From contig JAYTSD010000004.1 in the NCBI GenBank assembly GCA_043745805.1, positions 94,543 through 158,542 of the forward strand: DNA of 64,000 nucleotides. Reading direction: 5' to 3'. Under the pieces are notes generated by a model. That model had not been told where the DNA came from, ran no database searches, and saw only the letters and a program-made list of their open reading frames with translations. Source of the stretch: Fibrobacteria bacterium (GTDB taxonomy: Bacteria; Fibrobacterota; Fibrobacteria; UBA11236). The translations under genes were made by a program, and so were the position numbers. Below are positions 49,655 to 59,993 of this stretch, piece after piece; the first letter of the stretch is position 1; each line of letters begins with the position of its first letter.

Positions 49655-51346
49655 CTAGTGATCTAGTTTGAATTTGAACTCTCGACGAAAGCCCGGAGTC
49701 ACATTCACCGTCGTATCAAAAGGAGGATGTAAGCGATGAATAATTTCAATATGGCATTTGCCGACAGGCACTTCTAAATAATTTGCCATAGGTGTTTCAC
49801 CTTGAGGTCTCCCATTAACAGTCAGTGCTGCAAAGGGAGGGGCCGATTTAACCATTACAAATCCGGTTTGGCCTGAGGTCAAAATGGGATCATCGTCAGG
49901 GACTTTTGGATTGGGAGTTTTAGTCGGAAAAGTCGTGGGCGAAGGGATAGTTACAGGCTTTGGTTCAGGTCTATGGAATTCTTGACGAGCAGAATTATGA
50001 TCGATCATAGACGATACATTTTTGGGTTCTTTAACGGGAACCTTAACCAGAACGGGTTCAGCAACGGGCTGTGGATCGACAATTGGAGATATTGTTGATG
50101 GAGGAACTTTTGTTGGTTCCACCGTGGTTGCCAGTGGCTTTATTAAAGGTTTGTTAATCACAGCTATGGGTTGCGGAGTGTCAGATTCCCCGATGCCCAT
50201 GCGCGTCCAAAAAATAACTCCCGCCAAAACCAAAAGACAAATTGAAATTAATACTCCTATCCAAAGTACGGGACTTCGCATAGAAGGACCCATAGCTCCA
50301 GTAGTCGCATTATTGGGCCCTTGTGGCGCATAATCAAAAGTGGAACGTCGTTCAGAGCCAGTTGAGTTTCGATTAGCACTCGATTGCGATTGTCTTGGGA
50401 CTACACCGCTGGTCCTTTTCCCCATTCCAGAACCGGAACTCATCGGTGGGCTACCCTCGGCCATGGTTCGATTTGATTCTAGACCTAAGCCACTTAAAAA
50501 GGTGCGCACGCGCTCCACGTTATCTACTATCCCTCGGCTATTGAGATACGAGCGCAGCTGAAAAGAAAGCCAGCGTGCCCCTTCACCGCGATCGCTAGGA
50601 TTTTTTTGTAATAATACACCCACTAAACTCACCAAAAAGGGATCGGCCTCCGGATTTAATTCCAAAATAGAGGGTTGCGTATGATCACAAATATTACGCA
50701 TGGTGACCGGAATACTCGGGCCGGTAAAGGGTAACTTACCGGTTAAGCAATAATAAAATACTCCGCCTAATGAAAATAAATCGGTTTTGTGGGAAGGCCG
50801 TAATCCTTCGATTTGTTCGGGAGACATGAAATTGGGGGAACCCAATACAGTGCCTGTTTGGGTTCGGTTTTGTTCATCTGCTATATGCGCAATGCCAAAG
50901 TCCGCAATCTTTAAAATGCCTTCGGAATTAAATAATAAATTTTCAGGTTTAATATCGCGATGCACCACGCCGTTTCGTTCGGCGGAAGTTAAACCTTCGG
51001 CAGCCTGACAAATAATGGCAGCGCATATTTCATTGGACATGGGACGTCCTACTAAGGCCTGACAAACCAATTGTAAATTTTGGCCATCAATAAATTCCAT
51101 AACCAAATATTGCGCATTATCCTGAATACCAAAATCAAAAACTTCAACGATATTCATATGGCGTAAGGCCGCAATGGTTTTAGCTTCTACGGTGAAACGA
51201 TCGACAAGACTAGCATTGGCCGCTAAATGGGATTGAATAACTTTAATCGCGACAAGACGATTTAACATGGGATCTTCGGCTAAGTACACGGTAGCCATGC
51301 CACCCTGCCCAAGTTGACTCAGTATTCTATACCGGCCGTATTCCAT
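49655..51346 (-). CDS. Hanks-type Ser/Thr protein kinase with TM and a C-terminal periplasmic extension
   Basis: VAIKVI, HRDIKPENLL, DFGIA and SPEQ motifs. One TM after a Pro/Ser-rich linker. Confidence 0.8.
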   Translation of the reverse strand: MEYGRYRILSQLGQGGMATVYLAEDPMLNRLVAIKVIQSHLAANASLVDRFTVEAKTIAALRHMNIVEVFDFGIQDNAQYLVMEFIDGQNLQLVCQALVGRPMSNEICAAIICQAAEGLTSAERNGVVHRDIKPENLLFNSEGILKIADFGIAHIADEQNRTQTGTVLGSPNFMSPEQIEGLRPSHKTDLFSLGGVFYYCLTGKLPFTGPSIPVTMRNICDHTQPSILELNPEADPFLVSLVGVLLQKNPSDRGEGARWLSFQLRSYLNSRGIVDNVERVRTFLSGLGLESNRTMAEGSPPMSSGSGMGKRTSGVVPRQSQSSANRNSTGSERRSTFDYAPQGPNNATTGAMGPSMRSPVLWIGVLISICLLVLAGVIFWTRMGIGESDTPQPIAVINKPLIKPLATTVEPTKVPPSTISPIVDPQPVAEPVLVKVPVKEPKNVSSMIDHNSARQEFHRPEPKPVTIPSPTTFPTKTPNPKVPDDDPILTSGQTGFVMVKSAPPFAALTVNGRPQGETPMANYLEVPVGKCHIEIIHRLHPPFDTTVNVTPGFRREFKFKLDH

Positions 51347-51471
51347 GTTTTATTTTCCGTTCCTGTTCTGGAATCGATTAGACGAAGCTATTGTTTAAAT
51401 TGTTCCAGTTATTAATACCAGAACTTTAAAATTACCAATAAATTAATCTTTTGAGGTGAAGAACTTGCGGA

Positions 51472-52323
51472 TTAATCGAGTTCTTTTAACACTTTTTGAA
51501 TGCGAGTCATAGCCTGCGCTTCGCTAGCCGCCTCCAAACATTGGGCATTCTTGCCGCGCAATCCCCATTGTCGATGATTATTGTCCTTGTATAAGCCTAA
51601 AGTTTTGGTACCGGTAATTGCAGCTAAATGGCTAACTCCGCTATCATTACCGATGAACAAAGAGGCACTCGAAATAAGCTTAGCCAAAGCTGTACAAGAT
51701 TCTGGCCGCTCAATACTAAATCGTTTTTCAAAAACCGGTGAAAGATCGTGCTCATTAGGACCCAAAACAATGCGTACATCGGGGAAACGGGTGCTTTTTA
51801 ACTCCTGTGCCAAAAACCCATAAAATTCAGCGGCATAGTTTTTCTGTGGGCTTCCTGAACCTGGATGGATAAGTGCATACTTTTCTCTTTTACCGGCTAA
51901 AGGCATGTAAATAGCCGATTCGGTTGGCAATGGAAGAGAGAACTTTTCCAAAACTTGTTGATGATAATCCATCACATGCAATCCATCTGAAGGGAATGGA
52001 TTATAAAAAGCACCGATGCCTTTGCATTTGGCACTAAGCATAGATTTTAGCGCGAGATTTTCGTCCATCCAAAGCACAGCGCCTTCCACGACACCTAAGA
52101 AAGTGGGCCATTCTTCACCTTGATAAAAAGGCAATAAAGCAGCGGATTCACAATCATAAAAGTCATCGACTAAACAAAATTCTTTCGCCATTTGCATATA
52201 GTCCGGCTTACCCAAACCAATAAACCGACAATCATGGAAATTTGTTCTTAAAGCCAATAGTGTGGGCCAAGTGAGAATAAAATCACCCAATGCTCCGCGA
52301 TGAGAAAATAAAAAAGTTTTCAT
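51472..52323 (-). CDS. Glycosyltransferase family 9 (heptosyltransferase-like), short form
   Basis: IHPGSGSPQKNY and GNDSGVSHLAA motifs. Confidence 0.6.
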   Translation of the reverse strand: MKTFLFSHRGALGDFILTWPTLLALRTNFHDCRFIGLGKPDYMQMAKEFCLVDDFYDCESAALLPFYQGEEWPTFLGVVEGAVLWMDENLALKSMLSAKCKGIGAFYNPFPSDGLHVMDYHQQVLEKFSLPLPTESAIYMPLAGKREKYALIHPGSGSPQKNYAAEFYGFLAQELKSTRFPDVRIVLGPNEHDLSPVFEKRFSIERPESCTALAKLISSASLFIGNDSGVSHLAAITGTKTLGLYKDNNHRQWGLRGKNAQCLEAASEAQAMTRIQKVLKELD

Positions 52324-52330
52324 AACCCTT

Positions 52331-53494
52331 TCAGTACTTGGAAATGGGACGCCAACGAGGATTTTTAGAAGACATATCTACTGAATAAAAATTCTTTTCG
52401 AACTTAGTAGCATTCATATTAAAATATTGTAGTAAGAACTTTACTATCCATTTCTCAATTTTTAATACCACCATTTTTTTACGCAAGCGACCTTGTGTAT
52501 CGCGATTTAATATGGAAGGAATGGTGTTAAAGGTAAGGATTTCGTCGACATCCCTAGAATTCAAATTTTCTCGCGCTTCGGGAGAAGAATAAAAATGCGT
52601 AACACCAAAGCAAATGCGATTGGGTTTTCCTTGCCGTAATAAACCACAGCATTCCACCACCGTGGAACCCGTGCGTACCATATCATCCAACACAATAACA
52701 TCTTTGCCTTCGATTTCTGAAAGCGATAAATCGGAATCAGGATGAATAGAAACAGAAACTTTACGTTCTCCACTGCGCGTTTTTTCCATCCAAATACGTC
52801 GCGTTTTGGGCAAATTCAAGGCGTCATATACGCCATTCATAAAGGGAATGCCCCCTTTATCGGGAGAACATAAAACCAAATTATTACCGTCTTTGCCAGA
52901 AACTACCATATCCGAAAATTTAATGTAGTCGGCATATACTTCATGCGGCAGAAGATTATAAAACTCACCCGCAAAAGATTTACTAAACAGCTCTTGCACC
53001 TTAGTACTGTGATTATGCACCGTAACCACTACGTCAACACCCGCCGCTTTTAATAGTTCTGCGTATAAGCGAGATGTAAAAGGTTGGCCATCAAACTTTT
53101 TCATGTCTTGTTTGCTGCGACCCGCGACGCGCTCTTCTTCAGTCGCTATCGGACCTCGATCTTGGGCGCTATAAAATAAATCCGGTTCTACCAAAACCAC
53201 TTTAGCAGCGCCATTGTCTTTGGCAGCACGCGCTAAAATCAAATTACGCATGGCTTGCGAATCTCGGCCTTCCATGCCGGAAGTAGAACAAATAACGACT
53301 ACTTTACCAAGCATGCCCTTACCGATTCGCTCCATATCGCTTTCATCGCTAATAAAGCGAGGGCAAAATTCAGTGTTCGCATAACTTTTTAAAGCAATGA
53401 GATCGCTGACTTCTTCAACTTGCCCGCACATATGTCCAATGTCTATGGCAAATGGATCATCCGACACATTTCCAATGATTATGAAAGGGCTCAT
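52331..53494 (-). CDS. Ribose-phosphate pyrophosphokinase (PRPP synthetase)-family protein with a ~70-aa C-terminal extension
   Basis: VEPDLFYSAQDRG (like PYFGYARQDRK) and the VIVLDDMVRTGSTV PRPP-binding loop. 387 aa against about 315 for canonical Prs. Confidence 0.55.
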   Translation of the reverse strand: MSPFIIIGNVSDDPFAIDIGHMCGQVEEVSDLIALKSYANTEFCPRFISDESDMERIGKGMLGKVVVICSTSGMEGRDSQAMRNLILARAAKDNGAAKVVLVEPDLFYSAQDRGPIATEEERVAGRSKQDMKKFDGQPFTSRLYAELLKAAGVDVVVTVHNHSTKVQELFSKSFAGEFYNLLPHEVYADYIKFSDMVVSGKDGNNLVLCSPDKGGIPFMNGVYDALNLPKTRRIWMEKTRSGERKVSVSIHPDSDLSLSEIEGKDVIVLDDMVRTGSTVVECCGLLRQGKPNRICFGVTHFYSSPEARENLNSRDVDEILTFNTIPSILNRDTQGRLRKKMVVLKIEKWIVKFLLQYFNMNATKFEKNFYSVDMSSKNPRWRPISKY

Positions 53495-53527
53495 GAGATC
53501 AAAACTCCAAAAACCGTCTGATTTAGC

Positions 53528-56014
53528 TTAATCCTCGGAAAATGCAATAGTAACCGCGGGAGCATTCCAAATGTCTTTATTATACTCTGCAATAGTGCGA
53601 TCGGAAGAAAATTTTCCCATACGCGCCACATTTAAAATGGCTTTTTCCGTCCATAAGTCCTGATTTTGATACATATCACTCACCTTTTGTTGACAAGCTA
53701 TATAATCGGCAAAATCCGCCATCAACATATATTCATCCGTAGCAATCAAACTATCAATCAAGGGTAGGAATAATTGAGGATCCTCGGGTGCGAAATAAGT
53801 CGTGCGGAAAAGATCCATAACGGCCATTAAACGTGGATCTTTGTTCAAGTATTCTACGGGTTTATAACCTGATGCTTTTTTAGCAAAAACTTGTTCTGCC
53901 GTAAGTCCAAAGATGAAAATATTTTCATCCCCTACTTCTTCTTTTATTTCAATATTTGCGCCATCCAGCGTACCTATGGTTAAAGCCCCATTAATAGAAA
54001 ACTTCATGTTACCTGTACCACTGGCTTCTTTACCTGCTGTAGAAATTTGTTCGGATAAATCGCTAGCAGGAAAAATCTTTTCCGCTAAAGAAACACGATA
54101 GTTTTCCAAATAAATCACTTTGAGAATATCCCGCGTTTCTGGATCATTATTAACCACGTCCGCTACGGAGCACATAAGCTTAATCATCAGCTTGGCCATT
54201 TGATAGCCTGGTGCAGCCTTACCACTGAAAATAAAAGTACGCGGCTGAACCTTATGGCCTGCTTTAATTTCATTGTACAAATGAATCACATGTAACACAT
54301 TTAAAGTTTGGCGTTTGTATTCATGAATACGTTTAATTTGTACATCGAATAAAGTATCGGGATTTAAAACTATATCTTGCGATTGCAAAACATATTCCGC
54401 GAGTAAAACTTTATTATGACGCTTCACCACTTGCCATTTACGAATTAATTCTTTGTCTTTAGCAAACTTTTCCAATTTGTTAATTTGACTAAAGTCTTTA
54501 ATCCATCCGTCACCAATATATTCCGTAATCAAATTGGATAAACCCTTATTGGATTTAGCAAGCCAACGTCTTTGCGTAATCCCATTGGTTTTATTGTTGA
54601 ACTTTTCGGGACTTAATTCATAAAAATCTTTGACTAAATGTGATTTAATTAAATCGGTATGTAATTGAGCCACCCCATTTACCGAATGCGATCCCACAAT
54701 AGCCATAAAGGCCATCCGGATAGAGCGTTCACCACCTTCTTCGATTAAAGACATGCGACGTAAACGTTCAATATCATTCGGGTATTTCCAAGAGACTTGC
54801 TTGAGGAAACGATAATTTATTTCGAAAATAATTTGCAAATGACGAGGCAATAAACGACCCAGTAATTCTACGGACCATTTTTCTAAAGCTTCCGGTAATA
54901 AAGTGTGATTGGTATAAGCAAATACGCTTTGCGTAATTGCCCATGCCTGTTCCCAAGAGAAGCCTTCCAAGTCGACTAAAATCCGCATCATTTCTGGAAT
55001 AGAAATAGAAGGATGGGTATCATTTAATTGAATGGCCACTTTTTCATCCAGACGACTGCAATCTTTATGAATTTTTTTATGGCGACGAATAATATCATGC
55101 AAAGTTGCCGCGCACATAAAATACTGTTGCTTGAGACGTAATTCTTTGCCATTCATGGAGCTGTCATTAGGATATAATACTTTGGAAATACTTTCAGCCA
55201 AAGCAATATCCTTGCTTGCCTCTAAATAATCGCCACTATTAAAATAATGTAATCCAAATTCATCCGCAGATTTCGCCGACCAAAGCCGCAAAGTATTAAC
55301 CGTATTGTTACCGTAACCTGGAATGGGACTGTCATAAGGGCAAGCCAAAACATTTTCTGTATCGACCCATTCGAAAAGAGTCACGCCTTGGGGGTTTTTG
55401 CGCGAGACAACTCTTCCTTTAAAAGGAATCTCTACCGTGTATTCGGGACGTGCAATTTCCCAAGGATTGGTTAAGCGTAACCAATTATCGGGCAATTCTT
55501 GTTGAAAACCATTTTTAATCACCTGATGAAACATGCCATAATCATAACGAATTCCGTATCCATATGCCGGCAATTCCAAAGTCGCCATCGAATCTAAAAA
55601 GCAGGCGGCTAAACGGCCTAAGCCTCCATTACCTAAACCTGCCTCTAACTCCAAATTACGTAGCTCTTCGAGGTTGAGGCTCAGGTCATATAAAGCATTT
55701 TGTACTTCTTCTTCCAAGCCTAAATTGAGCAAGCTATTACCTAGAGAACGGCCCATCAAAAATTCCATGGAAATATAGTAGATGCGCTTTGCATCTTGAC
55801 GGTAATAAGTCTGCTGCGTTTGTATCCAACGCTGTATCAGTCTATCTCTTACCGTATAGGCCAAAGCCAAATATTTATCATAAGCAGTTGCAGAATACTT
55901 GTCTTTGCCAAGGGAATATTTAAGATGATGAAAGAATGCTTCTTGAATACTTTCTTTCTGTGCGATTTCGCTAACAGGTTTTTCTTTGTCGATTGCTTTT
56001 GTTACTTTGCTCAT
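53528..56014 (-). CDS. glgP: Glycogen/alpha-glucan phosphorylase
   Basis: PLP-site motif EASGTGNMKF. 828 aa. Confidence 0.85.
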   Translation of the reverse strand: MSKVTKAIDKEKPVSEIAQKESIQEAFFHHLKYSLGKDKYSATAYDKYLALAYTVRDRLIQRWIQTQQTYYRQDAKRIYYISMEFLMGRSLGNSLLNLGLEEEVQNALYDLSLNLEELRNLELEAGLGNGGLGRLAACFLDSMATLELPAYGYGIRYDYGMFHQVIKNGFQQELPDNWLRLTNPWEIARPEYTVEIPFKGRVVSRKNPQGVTLFEWVDTENVLACPYDSPIPGYGNNTVNTLRLWSAKSADEFGLHYFNSGDYLEASKDIALAESISKVLYPNDSSMNGKELRLKQQYFMCAATLHDIIRRHKKIHKDCSRLDEKVAIQLNDTHPSISIPEMMRILVDLEGFSWEQAWAITQSVFAYTNHTLLPEALEKWSVELLGRLLPRHLQIIFEINYRFLKQVSWKYPNDIERLRRMSLIEEGGERSIRMAFMAIVGSHSVNGVAQLHTDLIKSHLVKDFYELSPEKFNNKTNGITQRRWLAKSNKGLSNLITEYIGDGWIKDFSQINKLEKFAKDKELIRKWQVVKRHNKVLLAEYVLQSQDIVLNPDTLFDVQIKRIHEYKRQTLNVLHVIHLYNEIKAGHKVQPRTFIFSGKAAPGYQMAKLMIKLMCSVADVVNNDPETRDILKVIYLENYRVSLAEKIFPASDLSEQISTAGKEASGTGNMKFSINGALTIGTLDGANIEIKEEVGDENIFIFGLTAEQVFAKKASGYKPVEYLNKDPRLMAVMDLFRTTYFAPEDPQLFLPLIDSLIATDEYMLMADFADYIACQQKVSDMYQNQDLWTEKAILNVARMGKFSSDRTIAEYNKDIWNAPAVTIAFSED

Positions 56015-56162
56015 AGCTACATCCTAACTTTATCCAAAATAATTCCTATTATCCTAGCATTTACCGAGCCAAGATTTCCACATTCATTCCATCCGAAAGA
56101 AATGAGTTAAAAAAACTCATCGGAGTTGGCTTTCGATTTCATTTCAGTAGTATATTCCTGCG

Positions 56163-56918
56163 ATGTTATCATTAAATCCAATTTTTTTAGAGTTTACTCC
56201 GTTGGGGCTAGCCATTTCAACATGGAAGGAATCCCTCGCCCGAATAGAAAATAAAATCTCTGCGGAAGATTATGCGATTTTTTTGAGATTACACCAAAAT
56301 TTTTCGGCTTATTCTTCGACAGGAACACTGACAAAATTTTACAACTTCGTTTATGTTCATCAATTGCAATTCGAGATCAATGGACCGCGCCTATTACGCA
56401 TTCAATGCCTGTTTGAAATCATTAAGCCCACTTTGCTCCAAAATCAAACTTACCTTGATGTGGGTGCCGGTGCAGGAATATTTGGAGAATTAGTCCGTCA
56501 ACAATTTAATCCCACTGCCTATTATATAACGGATATTGTACCTGCTGTTGAAACTTATTTAGCCGGTCGCGGATTTAAAATTTGGAGACAACAAACAGCA
56601 AATATCCCATGCAACAAAATATTTTGCATAGATAGCTTAGGCGAAATAAATGCCGATGAAGATAAGCAATTATTAACCGCATTGGAACAGAATGCCCCTG
56701 ATGCAGAAACATTGCTAATGGAAAGATATGGGCTCGAAGAGAAACTGAATTTATGGAAAAAATCACTGCACCCCGATGGAATACTTTATCTCAGCGAACC
56801 CGTTGCTAATGTGGAATTCTTTAAAATGCTTGCAAAAATTTTAACTCGATCCGGCTGGAAATGCGATTTAATCGAAGCTGGAGAGACTTTTCTGCTCAAA
56901 CTTAAACCGAGCAATTGA
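56163..56918 (+). CDS. Class I SAM-dependent methyltransferase
   Basis: LDVGAGAGIFG motif I. Confidence 0.55.
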   Translation: MLSLNPIFLEFTPLGLAISTWKESLARIENKISAEDYAIFLRLHQNFSAYSSTGTLTKFYNFVYVHQLQFEINGPRLLRIQCLFEIIKPTLLQNQTYLDVGAGAGIFGELVRQQFNPTAYYITDIVPAVETYLAGRGFKIWRQQTANIPCNKIFCIDSLGEINADEDKQLLTALEQNAPDAETLLMERYGLEEKLNLWKKSLHPDGILYLSEPVANVEFFKMLAKILTRSGWKCDLIEAGETFLLKLKPSN

Positions 56919-56974
56919 TTTCACATTATTGTTTTTATATTTGTAGACATTAATCATTAAAAAAGGACATCATT

Positions 56975-57565
56975 ATGGCAGTACTAGTAGCAAAAGAAGC
57001 CCCCGATTTTATCGCAGCAGCTGTGGTTGACGGTAACAAATTTGACAATGAATTCAAATTATCGAGTTTTCGTGGGAAAAAATACGTGGTATTATTCTTT
57101 TATCCTCTCGATTTCACCTTTGTTTGTCCTACGGAACTACATGCTTTTCAAGAGCAATTAAAAGAATTCGAAGCCCGTAATACGGTGGTTGTAGGCGTTT
57201 CTGTTGATTCCAAACATACGCATTTGGCTTGGCTCAATACCCCAAAAAATCAAGGCGGTATTCAAGGTATTACTTATCCAGTCGTTTCCGATTTAAGCAA
57301 AAAAATCGCTGCTGATTATGATGTTTTAAAAGGTGGCGAATTAGCTTTCCGCGCTACTTTTATCATAGATAAGAATGGTATTGTGCAATCCGAACAAGTG
57401 AACAACAATGACTTAGGTCGCAATGTTAATGAGACCTTACGTTTAATCGATGCTTTGCAATTCAGCGAAGAACATGGCGAAGTTTGTCCTGCAAATTGGA
57501 CTAAAGGCGACAAAGCTATGAAACCTAATCGTGATGGCGTTCAAGCCTATTTTAATAACAAATAA
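56975..57565 (+). CDS. Typical 2-Cys peroxiredoxin (AhpC/Tsa family)
   Basis: FTFVCPTEL peroxidatic Cys and a C-terminal resolving Cys (EVCPANW). Confidence 0.85.
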   Translation: MAVLVAKEAPDFIAAAVVDGNKFDNEFKLSSFRGKKYVVLFFYPLDFTFVCPTELHAFQEQLKEFEARNTVVVGVSVDSKHTHLAWLNTPKNQGGIQGITYPVVSDLSKKIAADYDVLKGGELAFRATFIIDKNGIVQSEQVNNNDLGRNVNETLRLIDALQFSEEHGEVCPANWTKGDKAMKPNRDGVQAYFNNK

Positions 57566-57584
57566 TTAAAACTATTTATTGTGT

Positions 57585-57617
57585 AAAAAAGCCCGCTATC
57601 AGCGGGCTTTTTTATTT
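57585..57617. terminator. Bidirectional rho-independent terminator (AAAGCCCGCT..AGCGGGCTTT + T-run)
   Basis: Read directly. Lies between convergent peroxiredoxin and hisG. Confidence 0.65.
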
Positions 57618-57660
57618 TCTCTTTGCGAGTATGGGTTTTAAAAAACTAATTCGCTCCAAA

Positions 57661-58503
57661 TTAAATGCGCGCACTTTCGATGGACATTAAAATAATCCCT
57701 TTGCAACCAAGCTTCGCGAGTTCATCTAATTTATGATGGGCTTCTTTTTTACGAATCATCGCTTTAATGGAAAGCCATTCTTTGTTTTGTAAAGGAATTA
57801 CCGTAGGGGATTCAATACCTGGAGTGAGTTGACAGGCCGCATGTAAAAGGCTTGCAGGGCAGTCATATTCTACCATCATATAAGCAGAAGCTAAAAGTTT
57901 TCCTTCTAAGCGATTTTTCAACACTAAGATTTCGGCTTGAAGCTCTCTACCCGGATGTGCATACAAGGCGGCTTGTGAATGAAATAAAGGTTCACCGATT
58001 ATTTCCAAACCCGCTTGCTTTAAAGTGGTCCCAGTTTCCACAATATCAATAATGGCATCAGCAATTCCCAACTTAATAGAGATTTCCACCGCCCCTTCAA
58101 GCTCCACTAAATTATCATGTCCACCAAAAAATTGCCGAGTAATATTTACAAACGATGTTGCAATGGTATTATGCTTCAAATCTTTTACCATCAAACCCTT
58201 AGCCTTCTCGGCGGGAACAGCTGCACAAAGTTTAGAATGCGCGTAATTAAGATCCAGTAAATGCACTGGACTCACCCCTTTTTCGGCAACAAAGTCTTTT
58301 CCGGTTATACCCGCATCGAGTAAACCATTCGCTACATAAACAGGAATATCGCCGGGACGTAAAAAATAAAATTCGATTTGATGTTCACTATCAAGAGTAC
58401 TCAAGCTGCGCAATGACTTATTGACTTTATAGCCACAAGCCGAAAGCATATCCATAGTGGGTTCAAACAATTGACCCTTATTTGGCAAAGCAACTTTAAT
58501 CAT
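57661..58503 (-). CDS. hisG: ATP phosphoribosyltransferase, long form
   Basis: MIKVALPNKGQLFEPT N-terminus. 280 aa with a C-terminal regulatory domain. Confidence 0.8.
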   Translation of the reverse strand: MIKVALPNKGQLFEPTMDMLSACGYKVNKSLRSLSTLDSEHQIEFYFLRPGDIPVYVANGLLDAGITGKDFVAEKGVSPVHLLDLNYAHSKLCAAVPAEKAKGLMVKDLKHNTIATSFVNITRQFFGGHDNLVELEGAVEISIKLGIADAIIDIVETGTTLKQAGLEIIGEPLFHSQAALYAHPGRELQAEILVLKNRLEGKLLASAYMMVEYDCPASLLHAACQLTPGIESPTVIPLQNKEWLSIKAMIRKKEAHHKLDELAKLGCKGIILMSIESARI

Positions 58504-58766
58504 AATTTACGATACACTTCTTCGAGGGTGAGATTTTTTTCGGCCATCATACAGGCCACATAATATAAAACTTGGGAGAGTTCTAAAGCAAGGTCGTCTT
58601 GACCTTCGAAGCGTGCGGCCATCCAACTTTCAGCGGCTTCTTCCACCAATTTTTTACCAATGCCATGCGCCCCTTTCTCAAATAAAGCGGTAGTCGATTT
58701 TCCCTCGGGCATTTCCAGCTTACGCGATTTAGCTAATTCTACTATTTCTTCAAAAGTCATGGGCAA
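58500..58766 (-). CDS. hisE: Phosphoribosyl-ATP pyrophosphatase
   Basis: 88 aa. KKLVEEAAE...EL MazG-like HisE motif. 4-nt overlap with hisG. Confidence 0.7.
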   Translation of the reverse strand: MPMTFEEIVELAKSRKLEMPEGKSTTALFEKGAHGIGKKLVEEAAESWMAARFEGQDDLALELSQVLYYVACMMAEKNLTLEEVYRKL

Positions 58767-58868
58767 AGAATAGCAAAAGTGCTTAGGAATGGAAATCTTT
58801 ACCCTAGCTTTTACCGAACATAATGAAGTATTGTTATTGTTAAGTGTGCATTTTCGTTACAGAAAAAC

Positions 58869-59297
58869 TTGTCATATAAGTATGGAAGAAAGAGGGTTGG
58901 AATGATAGATTTATCCAAGAATCAGCAAACAGCTCTCGATCAAAAAAATCGTCCGCTACAACCTAATCAGGAGCGAAAAATGTGGGAGCCAGCTCCAATC
59001 ACTGAACTCTATACCAAAATTATTCAATCCGAGAGTAAAATGACTGCACCGGAACATCGCTTCTGGAAAATGATAAAAATCGATCCAGAAAAATGGGCCC
59101 TTCATCCTGATGGTGATGGTGGCGGCGGATTTTGGGTAGTCGGTCTCTTAGGTAAATCGTGTATTTGGTACAATGATGTTGAACTTGGTTTTAATGCCAC
59201 TGGCTACGACTATCAAGGCCAAATCAATGAATACCGCAATAGCCCCACGGAACTGATTGCCCTTATTCAAAGTTTTTTAATTGAATTCGAAAAATAA
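58869..59297 (+). CDS. Hypothetical protein
   Basis: ORF only. Likely start at MIDLSKN (58902). Confidence 0.35.
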   Translation: MSYKYGRKRVGMIDLSKNQQTALDQKNRPLQPNQERKMWEPAPITELYTKIIQSESKMTAPEHRFWKMIKIDPEKWALHPDGDGGGGFWVVGLLGKSCIWYNDVELGFNATGYDYQGQINEYRNSPTELIALIQSFLIEFEK

Positions 59298-59341
59298 GTT
59301 TTTTTAAGGTATTCTTCTAGTCTTCTAACTTAAGAGGGTTT

Positions 59342-59980
59342 ATGATTTTTCCCCAAAATATCTTTTACGGTTTGTTATTTCTGTTATTCACTTATGCGTC
59401 GGCAAGCACTTCTGAATTAGCCAATTCCCTCATCAAAAAGTACGGGATGGAAAATTTTAAAAATGTTAAAGAAATTCATTTCACCTTTAATGGGAAGTTA
59501 TTGGGCTTAGGACCCTCTCGCAGTTGGATTTGGAAGCCCCAAAGTGACAGCGTAACCTATGTCGATGAGAAAAAAAGTTATTCACGTAAAACTATGGATT
59601 CCAGTTTCAAAGCTATTGATGCAAAATTTATTAATGATCAATATTGGTTAACGTTTCCTTTCCATTTGGCTTGGGATAAAGAAATTCGAATTACCCAAGA
59701 GGATAGTTTAATGGAATCGCCGATCAAGAAAGAAAAACTAAACAAATTAGTGATCACCTATGCTCAAGCTAAGGGATATACTCCCAATGATATTTACGAA
59801 TTATTTATAACTCCCGAGGGAGAAATAAAAGAATGGATTTATTATAAACAAGGAAATATGAAAGGGGGATACTCCTTTACCTGGGAAAAAACGGCCAACT
59901 TTTCAGGCTTACTCTTTTCCCAAGAACATAAAGGTCCTGCAGGTTTCCGAGTTTACTTTACCGATATTTTGGTAAAATAA
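59342..59980 (+). CDS. Secreted hypothetical protein
   Basis: Signal peptide MIFPQNIFYGLLFLLFTYASA. Confidence 0.4.
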   Translation: MIFPQNIFYGLLFLLFTYASASTSELANSLIKKYGMENFKNVKEIHFTFNGKLLGLGPSRSWIWKPQSDSVTYVDEKKSYSRKTMDSSFKAIDAKFINDQYWLTFPFHLAWDKEIRITQEDSLMESPIKKEKLNKLVITYAQAKGYTPNDIYELFITPEGEIKEWIYYKQGNMKGGYSFTWEKTANFSGLLFSQEHKGPAGFRVYFTDILVK

Positions 59981-59993
59981 ACTCGCCGGCGAA

